Origin: Vicugna vicugna
Taxonomy: Eukaryota
Length of the DNA stretch: 64,000 bases
Reading direction: 5' to 3'
Assembly (NCBI GenBank): GCA_013265495.1
Contig: MU058456.1
Span: 62,001-126,000, forward strand
Shown here: positions 24,732 to 37,553 of the stretch, piece by piece
Numbering within the stretch: position 1 is the first letter of the stretch
How the letters are laid out: every line of letters starts with the position of its first letter
The notes under the pieces: model-generated
What the model saw: the letters and a program-made list of their open reading frames with translations, nothing else
Database searches by the model: none
What the model was told of the DNA's origin: nothing
Position numbers and translations under genes: made by a program

Positions 24732-26277
24732 GCAAGAAGATGAAAATTTTAACAGCCTTTTACAAAATGGAGATATTTTAAATCATTCAACAGAGGAAAA
24801 CTTCAAGGTTCCCGATAAAAAAGATTTTAACTTACCTGAATATGAGTTGAATATTGAAGAGCGATTAGTTCTTATTGAGAAAGGTGTTGACTCAACAGCC
24901 ACATCTGATGAATCTCACAAATTAGATCATATCAATATGAATCTTAATAAGCTTGTAAATGATGATACATTTCAACCTGAGATAGCAGAAAGATCAAAGA
25001 CACAGGATATAGTTCTTGGAACAGGCTTTTTAAGCAACAGTGCTAAAGGAGAAGCTGAGCACTTGGAAAATGGAAATAAGTACCCTAATCTTGAATGCAT
25101 AAATAAGGTGAATGGACATTCTGAGGAAACTCCACAGTCTCCTAGGAGGACTGAACCACATGATCCCAATTCTTCTGTTGATATGGGTCTTTCCAAGAGC
25201 ACTGAAGATCTCTCCCCTCAGAGAAGTGGGCCGATTGGATCGGTTGTGAAATCTCATAGCATAACTAATATGGAGACCGGAGGGCTAAAAATCTATGACA
25301 TTCTTAGTGATAATGGACCTCAGCAGCCAAGTGCAACAGGTAAAATAACATCTATTGATGGAAAAAATATAGTTAGGAGCAAGTCAGCTACGCTTTTGTG
25401 TGATCAACCATTGCAGGTATTTACTGGTTCTTCTTCATCTTCTGATTTAATGTCAGGTACAAAGGCAATTTTCAAGTTTGATTCAAATCATAATCCTGAA
25501 GAGCCAAATATAATAAGAGGCCCCACAACAAGTGGCCCACAGTCTGCACCTCAAATATATGGTCCTCCACAATATAATATCCAGTACAGTAGCAGTGCTG
25601 CAGTTAAGGACACTTTGTGGCACTCCAAACAAAACCCCCAAATGGATCATGTCAGTTTTCCTCCTCAGCGCCTTCCTAGATCAGAGAGTACAGAAAATCA
25701 CAGTTATGCTAAACATTCTGCCAATATGAATTTCTCTAATCATAACAACGTCCGAGCTAATACTGGATACCATTTACATCAGAGACTTGGTCCAGGAAGA
25801 CATGGGGAAATGTGGGCCATCTCACCAAATGACCGACTCATTCCTGGAGCAACTCGAACTACGATTCAGCGACAGAGTAGTGTGTCCTCCACAGCCTCTG
25901 TCAATCTTGGTGATCCAGGTCCCACGAGGAGGGCTCAAATTCCTGAAGGAGATTATTTATCATACAGAGAGTTACATTCAGTGGGAAGAACTCCTCCAAT
26001 GATGTCAGGATCACAGCGACCTCTTTCTGCACGAACATACAGCATTGATGGTCCAAATGCATCGAGACCTCAGAGTGCTCGACCCTCTGTTAGTGAAATA
26101 CCAGAGAGAACTATGTCAGTTAGTGATTTCAATTATTCACGGACTAGTCCTTCAAAAAGACCAAATGCAAGGGTTGGTTCTGAGCATTCATTGTTAGATC
26201 CTCCAGGAAAAAGTAAAGTTCCCCATGATTGGCGAGAACAAGTTCTACGACACATTGAGGCCAAAAAATTAGAAAAG
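24732..26277 (+). CDS. ERBIN: ERBIN large central exon, 1546 nt (QEDENFNSLL...HIEAKKLEK)
   Basis: ttttag|G CAA...AAG|gtaatt; phase 2 to 0; accounts for nearly all of the 494-aa ORF 24847..26331. Confidence 0.98.
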
Positions 26278-28360
26278 GTAATTAAACATGAATTTTTCAT
26301 TCTCTTTATGAATTTACTAATTTTCTTTTAAAAAATTTGATACTTTGTTCTTTAAACAAGGTGAAACAAAATACTCCAATTACTGAATATATGCTTATAT
26401 TCTAGAAGTTTTCCCTTGGGTGAAAATAGAGGTCCAAGTTTAGACTTACCCAGATGAGATGATAGTATAAACTTCTTTCTTTCACTTACTCCTTAGTGTT
26501 TTCTGATGGGCTTACATTCATTTTACATATTTATGTGTGTGTCTCTTTTAGATTGTGCCACAAATACGACAGTTAATACATGTATATACATGTTTATCTC
26601 TGTTTAGTATTTTGACCACCTTCCCCTCATGTATTAATAATTGATTATGTAAATATGTGTACAAAAAGAACAATTTACTATATAGTTAACAGAATAACCA
26701 GAAATGTATTGTAAATATATATCTTTTACCTAAAAGATTTTTTTCCCAGTTCGTGTTATATGACTAACGCTGTCACTGACTGAGATGACTTCTGGCATGG
26801 CATTCACTCTTGACTTTCCCTAATTGCATTTCTGACCTATTTGAACTGAGATGTCTGTGGCTCTAGCGTATGTAGTTTGGAAGTCATTGGTAAAATAACT
26901 TATGTTCATGTTCAGCTTATAACTTTATGCATAGATACTCATTTTTAGAAAGAGTTAAATAATTTTTTTAAATTATTCTATAAAACTGATATGTTAGTGC
27001 CACAGTTCTGTGGCCCAAGTGTATCGGGCATATTCTTTAAGGTTTAGCTTCATATTTCTTAGTGTATTTTACCTTAAGAATTATCTTAACTTTGTTTATT
27101 GAATATAAGACTTTTTAAAAACAGCTGACTATATACAGTCTCAATTGATCGTTATTTTTTTTAATTCCTTTAGTCCAATTTTTCAGAAATCATTGCCTAA
27201 AAGATGAATAATACCTTATATCAGTTCACATTGAACCTCTGTAATTGTTAGCTGTTTAAATAGCTGATCATCTGTAGCATTAGGTGACTTCATTCTCATC
27301 TATCCATTTTGTTTCAACAGTAACTCTGTACATACTGTTGAGGCTCTTTGAACTGTGTGCTTTAAGGAATTCAGAAGGTTCTTAAGCAAAGGAGTAACAT
27401 GGATGTTTTGTAAATAAATTTCTGGCAATGGTGTGGAACTGGATTTGAGGAGGAAAAGACTGTGGTTAAATTGTTTGAGTTATGAGGCTGTCTAATGGTC
27501 CAGAGAACAAAATGGAATGAGAAATGTTTCAGTGGAATTGAGACAGAGGAACAAATTTGAGAGGCAGTTCTGAAATAGACTTTATAAAAGTTTACTTCTA
27601 ATTAGAGTATTCCTATAATCATTCATTGAGTGAAAGGTATTAAGCTTGAGATTGGTGCCTTGAATAACTGGTTGTTAGGAATGCCATTAACTGGATTTTT
27701 GAGGAGGAATAATGAATTTGGACAAAGAGATGAGTTTGGTTATATCATATTACTAGTTGACATCCCAGATGACTGTTCTCCCACTGCTTTCTTATCTGAC
27801 AGAGATAGGCCTGGACTTCAGTAAATAGGAAGCAAGTAGCAGCCATCTCATTGTTCATTGTACTGCTCTGTTTTTTATGTTTAGAAATTTGCCACACAAT
27901 TGCTTGGAGGGTACATGAGAGTAGTTACCCAGTTGTGCCCACTGGTAATTTAGAGGTGAAAATTAATTCAGTAAAAGTAGGAAAAGCCTTGTTGAGGATA
28001 CAGGGCAACATGATTTAGACTCCAAACTTGAAAGCATTGGTTGAAAATGGTGGAGGGTGATGGAAGATCTTTATTTGCTCCTCTACATTTCCTCCACTCT
28101 CCTCTAAACCTAATTCTAATGGCATGGTAGACATTTGAAAAACTTCCTTAGGGGATTTCACAAAACCTGTCCTACGTCTAGAAAAAAAGTTACTACTTTG
28201 CCTAGCTGAGAGTTTAGTAGTAATACAGGAAGAGATAAGTTATTGAAGCTTACTTGGTTTTTTAACCTTGTGGTAGTAACCCCTCTTTCCCAACCCTCTA
28301 ATTAACTGTACCTAGAACACAAACATAAAGTAGAGCTCACCTCAGAACTCTCAAGACTTA

Positions 28361-28566
28361 CTGGATAGCTCAAGTGGTAGAGCACATACTTAGCATGCAC
28401 AAGGTCCTGGGTTCAATCCCCAGTACCTCCATTATATATACTATATATATATATGTGTGTGTGTGTGTGTCTGTGTGTGTGTATATACACACACACACAC
28501 ACATATATATACATATATATACACACACACACACAAACTCAATTACCTCTCCCCCCTGCCCCAAAA
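28361..28566 (+). mobile_element. Vic-1-like SINE with internal compound microsatellite
   Basis: A and B boxes; 18-bp TSD CAGAACTCT(C/A)AAGACTTA at 28343-28360 and 28567-28584. Confidence 0.92.
28432..28535. repeat. Compound (TA)n(TG)n(TA)n(CA)n(TA)n(CA)n microsatellite
   Basis: Direct reading. Confidence 0.95.
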
Positions 28567-30415
28567 CAGAACTCTAAAGACTTATTTAATTAAACTAATC
28601 AGCAAATATTGAAAGAATAAAAATTTATTTCAAAATTGAGTTCTTAGAATATCAGCATTTGCTAATATTCCTTATTGAAAACTTAGGGAGCACTCGGCCA
28701 TGTTCCATAATATTGCTCTTATACAGCCATTAGCATGTAATGAACAACAGTGCCCAAGACATATGCCCAGCACTTAATTGAGCTTTGCACAAAGTGTTGT
28801 TGTATTGTGACAGGGTGCAGTTTTATGTGGATGTCTGTGTACAAGCCTGAACTCAAATTCAGACCTGTTCTGAGCTTAAGCTTTCTTTCTCAGAGGAATG
28901 TTTACAAAAATCGCATATGTTTTCAAAGATGACAGAGAAAGCTTTGTTCCAGGATTGACATATCATTAAAAAAGGGTCAGTCAGACCACTCAAGTTCACA
29001 TGTTGAAACTGTATAACACATGAGTGTGTGTTATTTATATGTTTCTGGGTGTGTGTGATTACGTGTATAATTTACTTTTACATTCTAATCAAATTTTGTG
29101 GAACCTCTGAATTGCCTTTGCCAAATTCTTACACTTTGTGAAGTGGTTTAAGGAAGTACAGGCCTGCCTTATTAACTTAGCTTTTTCTTTAGTCGTTACT
29201 TTAGAATCCACAAAATAACTATAAGTGTACGTTATAATTTCACAGATCCTTTTCATTCTAGAATGTCATTAATATTTCTTGGTGTTAGAGATCAACTTCA
29301 TAATCTGGAGAAAGTATGTATTTCCTAAGAATAACATAGAAATAATTGTTTTGGCATTTCTGCATTTCTTAATAACAAGCCATGACCAAAATATTGTTTC
29401 TCTCAGTTTGACCCTCAGACCCGCAGACCCTCAGTGTTCAGGGACATGACTAAAACCCACATGGAAGAAGAGCAGTTAACTGAATAAACAAGCAGGAACA
29501 ATGATAATCAGGCAGTGCATTTATTGGAGTACATTTTTCAGGCATCTCTGAAATTAGCTATTAGGCTTTTATGTAAAATCAGTCTGTGGAAGGATTCTGC
29601 CAGTGGTTCTTCAAGTTTAAGTAGTAAAGCCACCATTAACTTCTAAAATATAATACCTGTATTTGAACGAGAAAAAATTTTTACATGTGCATTTTCGAGT
29701 TTTTTTTTTTCCTGGTAATTGTGGAGCAGTAGGAGCCTTTTAAATATTATATCCTAAAACTCTTCGTGTATGTGAACATTTTCTCTAATGTAAGACAGTT
29801 TTCAAAATGTGGAAGAAAATTTTTATCAAAAATTGCAGTAGCCAAGAGCCAGGTTTTGTTTTGTTTTGTTTTGTTTTTTGAGCCAGGTATTTTTTTGCAA
29901 ATACACTTTTGTGCTATATTGTGTTTGAACTCTTCATTTAATATGACAGAATTAATTTCTGTTAAATGAAGCAGACTCTCCAGAAACCCATTTTGACTAA
30001 TAACTGTTTGTTGGTAAAATCTCTTTATAAAGAAATTAGTTTGTGCTTTGTGTATAACTATATACATACAAATACATTAGTTCCTATTTTCTGGCAAACT
30101 TCTAGTAAGATATATGAGGAATAAAAGAAATAATGGCAATATAAAAGCAGCTATATGTTTGTACTTTCTTATTTGGTGTTTAAACAGGTGATTGGTTGGG
30201 TTTACATGTAATTGGTGTGTGTATATGTATGTTGTCATGTAAATAAACATTTGGTAAATAGTGCCAATTTCTCTCAGTGGCACTGGAAATTCTGTGTTGC
30301 ATGCTATTTCTGTGTGGTATTGGGGTTACTTTTATACATGTCTATGTATATAACTTGTCTTGTGAATTTTGCATGCTGCACTAATCTCTGTTAAATCTAT
30401 CCCCTCTTTATTCAG

Positions 30416-30559
30416 AGCATGCTGTCAAGGTCCTTTAATTCCAATTTTACTGCTGTAAGCAGCTTTCACTATGGCAGCTCTAGGGATCTGCATGGCAGCC
30501 AAGGCAGTGTTGCCTTGAGTGTTGCAGACGGAAGAGGTTCTGGTGGGCACATATTTCGA
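30416..30559 (+). CDS. ERBIN: ERBIN alternative cassette exon, 144 nt (SMLSRSFNSNFTAVSSFHYGSSRDLHGSQGSVALSVADGRGSGGHIFR)
   Basis: ttcag|AGC...CGA|gtgagt; symmetric phase 0, open frame; resembles the 48-aa insert of a long human Erbin isoform (from memory). Confidence 0.88.
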
Positions 30560-33053
30560 GTGAGTACCTGTAGTAGACCAGTACTTTCAGTAAAAGTGAA
30601 AAAAAAAACCCCAAAACAAAACCCCACATTTTAATGTTTTAACTGTTCTAGAGAATACATTTTTACTGTGGGTTAGAAATCTTGATTACCTCCCAGTTCT
30701 TCCATGGCTTAGTTCTGAAACTTTCTGCAGAGCTGATTTAGGCTTTATCAAGTTTCTGTTGTCATAACTAGGGATGTAGTCAGAGCTCTTGCTTATGTAA
30801 AAAGGGGTGAGCAAGAGGAATAACCACCTGAGAAATTTTTTAAAAATTATTTTTCTTGGCAGTGTTTTCCCTTAATTAAAGTAGTTTGCCCTCACTAACT
30901 CAAGGTTTTAAGGCTGTGCCATGCCGTAGTACACAGAGGGGTTGTGGGAAAGAATAATTTTCACTTTAATGATTGAGAATTGGCGTATTAAATACCTGGA
31001 ACTAAGTTTAATCACTATTTCCTGAATATGATTAAATGTGAGCCTGGAGAAATTACAGTAAGTGCAGTGAAAAGGCAAAAATCCTTTATTACCCACAATT
31101 CAGCATAATCATCAGTAGGGAAGAAGAAAAGTTAATTTTTTTAATGAAAGTTAAGGGTACGGAATATGGACAGGGAAGGAGGAAGAACAGAATAATTCTG
31201 CAAGACTGTTTTACTATTTTTCTTTCCACAAAACTTGAGGTGGTAGCATGGCCTCTAAATAAATATTTCCTCTGCCCCTTTCCTTTCGTTCTTTCTTCCC
31301 TTACATAACCTTATTGTATCCTCTCCCCCATATTTTAATTTACGTATTGACTCTGCTTGCTTCTGGGTGCTTTGCTTTTTCCTGAGCATCCCTTTCTCTG
31401 TCACCCCCGATCCCTGCTACTTTTTAATACATTCCTGGCTTTTACTCTGTTGTATTGTAGGATAGGAGCAGCCTCTCGGATTCCCTTTGCTCTGGCTGGG
31501 CCTCACCTGTCTTGCTCTGCCCTCTGTCACCTGCCACCACCTAGTTTCCATGTTCTGTAATAGTGGCAGCAATCATTTCATAACTTAGTTGTTTGAAACA
31601 GGAGTGGGGGTAAAAACCAGGGGCTTTTATTAACTCAGGGATAACCTTTATAGTCACCAGGAATAACTGTTCTTCCCAGTTCTTGAACAGTAATATTTTT
31701 TGCTTGTTATTCTTAAATTCAGAACCTTTGTGTCTGATGCGTTTCACTTTTTCATTTGTAATGGACTTGTGCATTTACAGACATAGTTGTACATTCAGGC
31801 TTGAGTTTAAACTTCAAGCTGTGAGCTAAGTTGATTATTATGCATTCTCAAAAATGGAGAAGGAAAATAAAATATTCATTGTGTAAACACCCAAATTAGA
31901 TCAAACTACATCTAAAAATGCTAAGCCATGGTTTGAACTAGCAACAAACTGCACGTGATAGATCTGTTGCAGATGTGGATTCTAAGACTAAATTATAAAA
32001 CCCTTAGATTTATGTATTTATGTATGTATCCTGCATATCATAATGAAGTAGATCTCGAATTATTTTTCAACATGATGATCTTGTTTGCATAGCTATGTTG
32101 CCAGCCATATTCAGTTTTGAAAGTAACAATCGTGCTATTTATCACAATATCTTTAGTTTTCTTAAATATACTTAGATGTGTTTAGAACTAAATTAAGATG
32201 AAAAATAGGCATCTAATTTCCCAACATATTTAAAAGATATATTCAGAGATAATGAGATATTGAGTCTGTTTTTGTCCTCTAAAGGTATCAGTGAGACAAA
32301 CTATGATATAAAGATATAATTTGATCTTTAAAAATACGAACTCTAGTTAATTAAATTTAAAAGCATTTTACCAGACCAGTGCTTTTGAAAATACTGAACT
32401 AATATTAGTATAATAGAATTAAGCTAAAGCTAGTTCTATAAGACCTTATGTTCATTGATATTGCTCATCATTAATGAGAAATTCCCAGGTGATAGTGTGC
32501 TGTTAAAAGAACAGCGGTTAATTTTTTTTACCAAAAAACTTTTTGTAGCGCTCAACAGGAGTATGTGTATTTTATTAGGACTCTTAACTTGGATTAATAA
32601 CTTAATTTATTGTTCACAATGTTAAAAGTTAGGTATTACTGTAAATAAAGCTAAAAGCATTATAAAGAAATAGCTTAATAGTATATTCTTATATACTTTT
32701 CACACATTATAAGAACAAATTTTGCCATGCAACTTTGGAAAGTTGTTTAAGGTACTAATTTTTTTTTTCAGTTTCATTGAGATATAATTGACATATTAGT
32801 CCAAGTTGTACATCATGATGGTTTGGTATATGTATATATTGCAAAGTGATTACCACAATAGGTTTCGTTAACATCCATCATAAAGGTACTAAATATTGAT
32901 TGCAATTATGATGGTAATGTTTGATTTAGTTCTTCATCTTTCCATTATCTAGTAACATTTTTTCCTAGTCTCCTCGCAAGTGTCATCATCATTTTCCTTT
33001 CACATCTTAAAGATCATTATTTGTTTATTTTTTTATTTCCTCCTCATCTGAAG

Positions 33054-33173
33054 CATCCCCAGACATCCTGTCCAGGAGATCCTTGTCAAGATGATATATT
33101 CATTTCAGGACAGCAGAACTACTCGTCAGCTACACTTAGTCACAAAGATGTTCCTCCAGACAGCTTGATGAAA
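33054..33173 (+). CDS. ERBIN: ERBIN alternative cassette exon, 120 nt (HPQTSCPGDPCQDDIFISGQQNYSSATLSHKDVPPDSLMK)
   Basis: pyrimidine tract then ctgaag|CAT...AAA|gtaggt; phase 0 to 0; resembles the insert of human isoform 1. Confidence 0.88.
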
Positions 33174-34702
33174 GTAGGTGCTCAGGAAATCAAGTAGTAT
33201 CTGTGAGCATACTGTGTTGTATCGCTTTTGACTAGAAGTATCATGTATGAAAATACTTTTTGAGGACTTTTCCCTCTTGATTACTAAGATTCTTTTTTAA
33301 ATAATTGAGGAATATGAAATAAAATTTCACTCTGCTGTTCCTCAGTTATCCCCTGATTTTTTTCACACTGAAGAATCATTTTGTTATTTTTGGATTTCTG
33401 TAGTATCACTTACTTACTTTGTCATGTGAATCAAAGGCTTTTTGGCATTCTTGACAGTGAAACTATTTGCAGTGTTAAATATGAACCTGTCTTAAATTCT
33501 TCATTGGAGGATGTTTTATGATTACCAAAGACATTTAACATACTTTCAATGCAATTGGAAATTACCTTGAAAGACTTGTATGTGGTAGAATGATGGTTGT
33601 ATTCTCATTACTTTTATAACTAAAGCATCACTCATTTAGAGTTTACTTTTTTTTGTCACCAATGCCAGATACATAGTTCTGTAGTATTCTCCTCAGCTGT
33701 TCTTTCTCTTAACTAAGCCCATATCTCTAATACAACCAGATAAAATTGTGAAATGCAGTTAGGTTATTATATAAACATTTACATTGTTCTTGAGAGTAGG
33801 AACCCAGCCATGTAAGTTTGTACGTATCTACTTATTTTACTCTTTTTCCACTATTTTTCTTTTAATTGAGCTCTGCTATTCAGTTTTTAGGGGATTTTTT
33901 TGTTGTTTTTTTTAATATCCATTTTGTAGTTTGGGTTAACAGAATAAGCTATCATCACATTTCCGCAAAGGTGATGTTTAAGTCTAAAATTCAATCTCAA
34001 AAAATGAGAGGCTTTAAAGCAAAGATATAACCCTTTAACAACAACAGAATAATCTGGAGTTTTTTGTTTAGCTTGTGAAAAATAAAATAGAATGTCAAGG
34101 TTTAATTTTTGTGATTAACATTCTCTGGAAATACCTTCAGAGTTTTAAAAATGCAAACTGATAAACACATACACATACATGAGGAATAAATCAGTTTTTT
34201 CCTGCATTGATGGATTGGTTTTTTTAACTCTAGAAAGGAAGGAATAAAGAAAGAAATTTATACTCAGATTGTGAAAAAAATTCTACCCCAAAACTTGTTA
34301 CTTTCATTCTGAAGAAAACAGCGAGTGTGTGTGTGAGATATTAACTATAGTATGGGGAAAGATGACCTTTTAATGGGCTTACTTAAATTTTAATTTAGCA
34401 TACTATTTACCATTTTAACATTTGGTTATGGTTACAGAAAAGAAAATAATTTAAAATACAGATATAACTTTCATTTGAAGACTTTAAAGAGTGACTCTAC
34501 AGCAAGCACTCAGGTTTAGAATTAAGACATTAATAGCTTTTTTCTTTTAAAAGTGTAAAATTTAGAAAATAGTATACGTGGCATGATATTGTGTGATTTA
34601 GAATGTTAAACTCTAGTGCTTTTGTAATGCTCCAAGAAGAGCCAAATATTTGTAATAAGACATTATTGTTGGTCATTTTAAGACACTTCGTGTTTTTCTT
34701 AG

Positions 34703-34912
34703 ATGCCTTTGAGTAATGGACAGATGGGCCAGCCTCTCAGGCCTCAGGCAAATTATAGTCAGATACATCACCCCTTTCCTCAGGCATCTGTGGCAAGGCA
34801 TCCCTCTAGAGAACAACTAATTGATTACTTGATGCTGAAAGTGGCCCATCAACCTCCATACACACAGCCCCATTGTTCTGCTAGACAAGGCCATGAACTG
34901 GCAAGGCAAGAG
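34703..34912 (+). CDS. ERBIN: ERBIN coding exon, 210 nt (MPLSNGQMGQ...GHELARQE), symmetric and therefore skippable
   Basis: tcttag|ATG...GAG|gtaaga; ORF 34703..34936. Confidence 0.96.
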
Positions 34913-36002
34913 GTAAGAATAATCAACAATATTTGAAATATGAGACTAGCTTTTAATGTATTTTTTAGGTTATTTAATTTTACCAGTAAATCCATATAGA
35001 ATTTTAACATAGTTTTTACCATTTTGTTTAATGGTCTTCTTTCATGTTAAGTTTATGTGGTGATAAACTTTGACAGTATGATTCCCACATTCTGATAAAT
35101 TGACATAGGATGTAGTATTTTGGGGGCATAATTTTTGTTCCCTAAGGTGGTTGTTTTTCTAAAACTAGTTGATGATACTCCAGTAATCAGACCTTCTTCA
35201 AGAATATACCTAGCAGACCATTAAACTTGAATGGTGTATTATAGTTCACTAATTGTTATGTGACACTCAGCTTTTGAAACTGGGCTATAGTCTCCAAACT
35301 GCTTAGAGAATTAAATCTTACAGAATACTTAAAAAGTCATCAGTCACATATTTATATACTTTGATAGTTTATTGATAAAATATTATTGGAATCAGAGAGC
35401 AAATGCTTCATTCTTCTTTTTGTTTGTTTGTCCTCTGAGGAAAAAGAAAATGATACATAACAGAAGTTTCATTCTTGCATCTTTTTCTGTAGCTTGGTTA
35501 TAAAATGTAATACAAGTTGATTATTAATCCCAGCTCCCTTGAAGCACATAAACAGATTGAGGAAATGAGTTAATATCCAGCAACCACCCAGGGATCTTTT
35601 AGATGACTTATGAATCATGGCAATAGTCAGAAATACTATGTAATCTAAGTGTTTCACAAATGGAAATTGGTAATACAATACATGTTTTGTGTGTACGATC
35701 TATGTCATTCAAGTTCGTGATGTCCAGAAAATATGAAGTCAACATTAATTGGTTGCTTATCTTCATAAGATAGCAGTAGATTAATTTAGGAGCTGTGCTT
35801 TATAATCCCAGCTGTGCCTTTAACTTACTAACTCATTAACATAATATTTCATGTTGTAGCTTCATTTCATCTGCCCAATATATATTTTAGGTGAATTCTT
35901 ACATATTTGTGTTTTCTTGAACTTAATTTACCGGTATTTAAATATGGATGTTATTGTAGCTTTTTCTGATATAGGAATAAGTTTATTTTCATATTAACTC
36001 AG

Positions 36003-36095
36003 ATTCGAGTGAGAATTGAAAAGGATCCAGAGCTTGGATTCAGCATATCAGGAGGTGTTGGGGGAAGAGGAAACCCATTCAGACCTGATGACGAT
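36003..36095 (+). CDS. ERBIN: ERBIN PDZ exon 1, 93 nt ([31 protein letters not shown])
   Basis: ctcag|ATT...GAT|gtgagt; carboxylate-binding loop ELGF. Confidence 0.98.
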
Positions 36096-36579
36096 GTGAG
36101 TTTTGTTTATATATCCTTGAAATATCCATTAATTTTTATTTACTAATTTAATGCCTTTTATGCATAAGTGAAACTTTACAGATATTCCTATAAATCTAGA
36201 CAGACATCGCCTTTTGATTTCCCACAATACTGGTTAGCTTTTTGTTTTGAAATGTGATCAGTTAGGATTGAGGAATACAAATTTAACCAAAAATTGTAAA
36301 TGTTCATATTGTGAAGTGATTTTTAATTGTTATTACTTTCTTCACACCTTATATAAGTAACTATTTATCACTTTAACAGAAATCACTATACTAAAGAAAA
36401 ATTACCAGAAGCATAAATAACATAGCATTGTCACAATATTATTCCGAGAAGACAGGGAGAAAACTTGTACCACAATTCAAGTATTTGTGTACTATAAAAA
36501 GAAAGACTACTCTTTCGTGCTCTTTTATTTATGCATACTGCTTTCCATTACGTAATTATCTTTTTTGTTGTTCTTAAAG

Positions 36580-36654
36580 GGTATATTTGTAACAAGAGTA
36601 CAGCCTGAAGGACCAGCATCAAAATTATTGCAACCAGGTGATAAAATTATTCAG
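36580..36654 (+). CDS. ERBIN: ERBIN PDZ exon 2, 75 nt ([25 protein letters not shown])
   Basis: ttaaag|GGT...CAG|gtaact. Confidence 0.98.
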
Positions 36655-37445
36655 GTAACTAAAGATACATCTTTTTATTCTTTATTTTTCATTTTATAAC
36701 ATCTGCCCTCCTCATCAAGGAATTATTAAATGCCAGATTTGAAAGTAAGCAGTTTATGAAGTTAACTTTAAATATTTGTGAATGAAAACAGTGTCATTTT
36801 TTACAAGCTGTTCTCTAGTGCTTTCAGAGTTTAAAATATTTCCCCGTTGTACCTTAGAAAGTCATACTGATATTTTTTAATACCTCTAAGCATTTCGCTG
36901 AAGTTCAGGAGTGGTGTAATATGATGATGAAAGAATCTTCTTTGTGTGTTATGAGAATTGAAGGATTTAATTAATGAGAAGCACTTAGAACAATGTGTTT
37001 GGTGTATAGTAAGACCTCAATGAATGTCAAGCTTCAATGATAAGAAGTGTAGTGTTCTTAGTCTGGTGGCTCCTGGACAGTGGGAAGACTGGCCTTGACC
37101 TCAGCTACTCTTAACAGCGTGGAATCTCCACTGCACACTGGTTCATACACACACCACCATGTCTGACCTTGTGTCTTAGACAATTGCTTCTTAATGTCAG
37201 CTTGCTATATAGGAATCATCTGAAAATGTGGGCAAGATACAGGTTCCTGGGTCCCACCTTCAGAGATTTTATTTCCATAGACGGGGGTAAGGCTCAGGAA
37301 TATAGATGTTGTTTTAAATTGCCAAAATGATTCTTTCTTCCTTCCAGGTTTGTGGACTACCTGGCAGAAATTTAAATGCACAAATGCAAATAAACTACCA
37401 GGAAATGTTTGGGGTTTTTTAAAGCAGTTTTCTTCTTTCTTCTAG

Positions 37446-37553
37446 GCTAATGGCTACAGTTTTATCAATATCGAACATGGACAAGCAGTGTCCTTGCTAA
37501 AAACTTTCCAGAACACAGTAGAACTCATCATTGTACGAGAGGTTTCCTCATAA
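37446..37553 (+). CDS. ERBIN: ERBIN last coding exon, 108 nt including stop ([35 protein letters not shown])
   Basis: ttctag|GCT...TCA TAA. Confidence 0.98.
   Translation, partial: ANGYSFINIEHGQAVSLLKTFQNTVELIIVREVSS

Noticed and set aside
24847..26331. 494-aa ORF as a standalone intronless gene
   Set aside because: It is the large internal ERBIN exon; the last 17 codons are read-through past the donor at 26278.
28370..28577. ORFs rich in VC/HT/YI dipeptides on both strands
   Set aside because: Translation of a dinucleotide microsatellite within a SINE.
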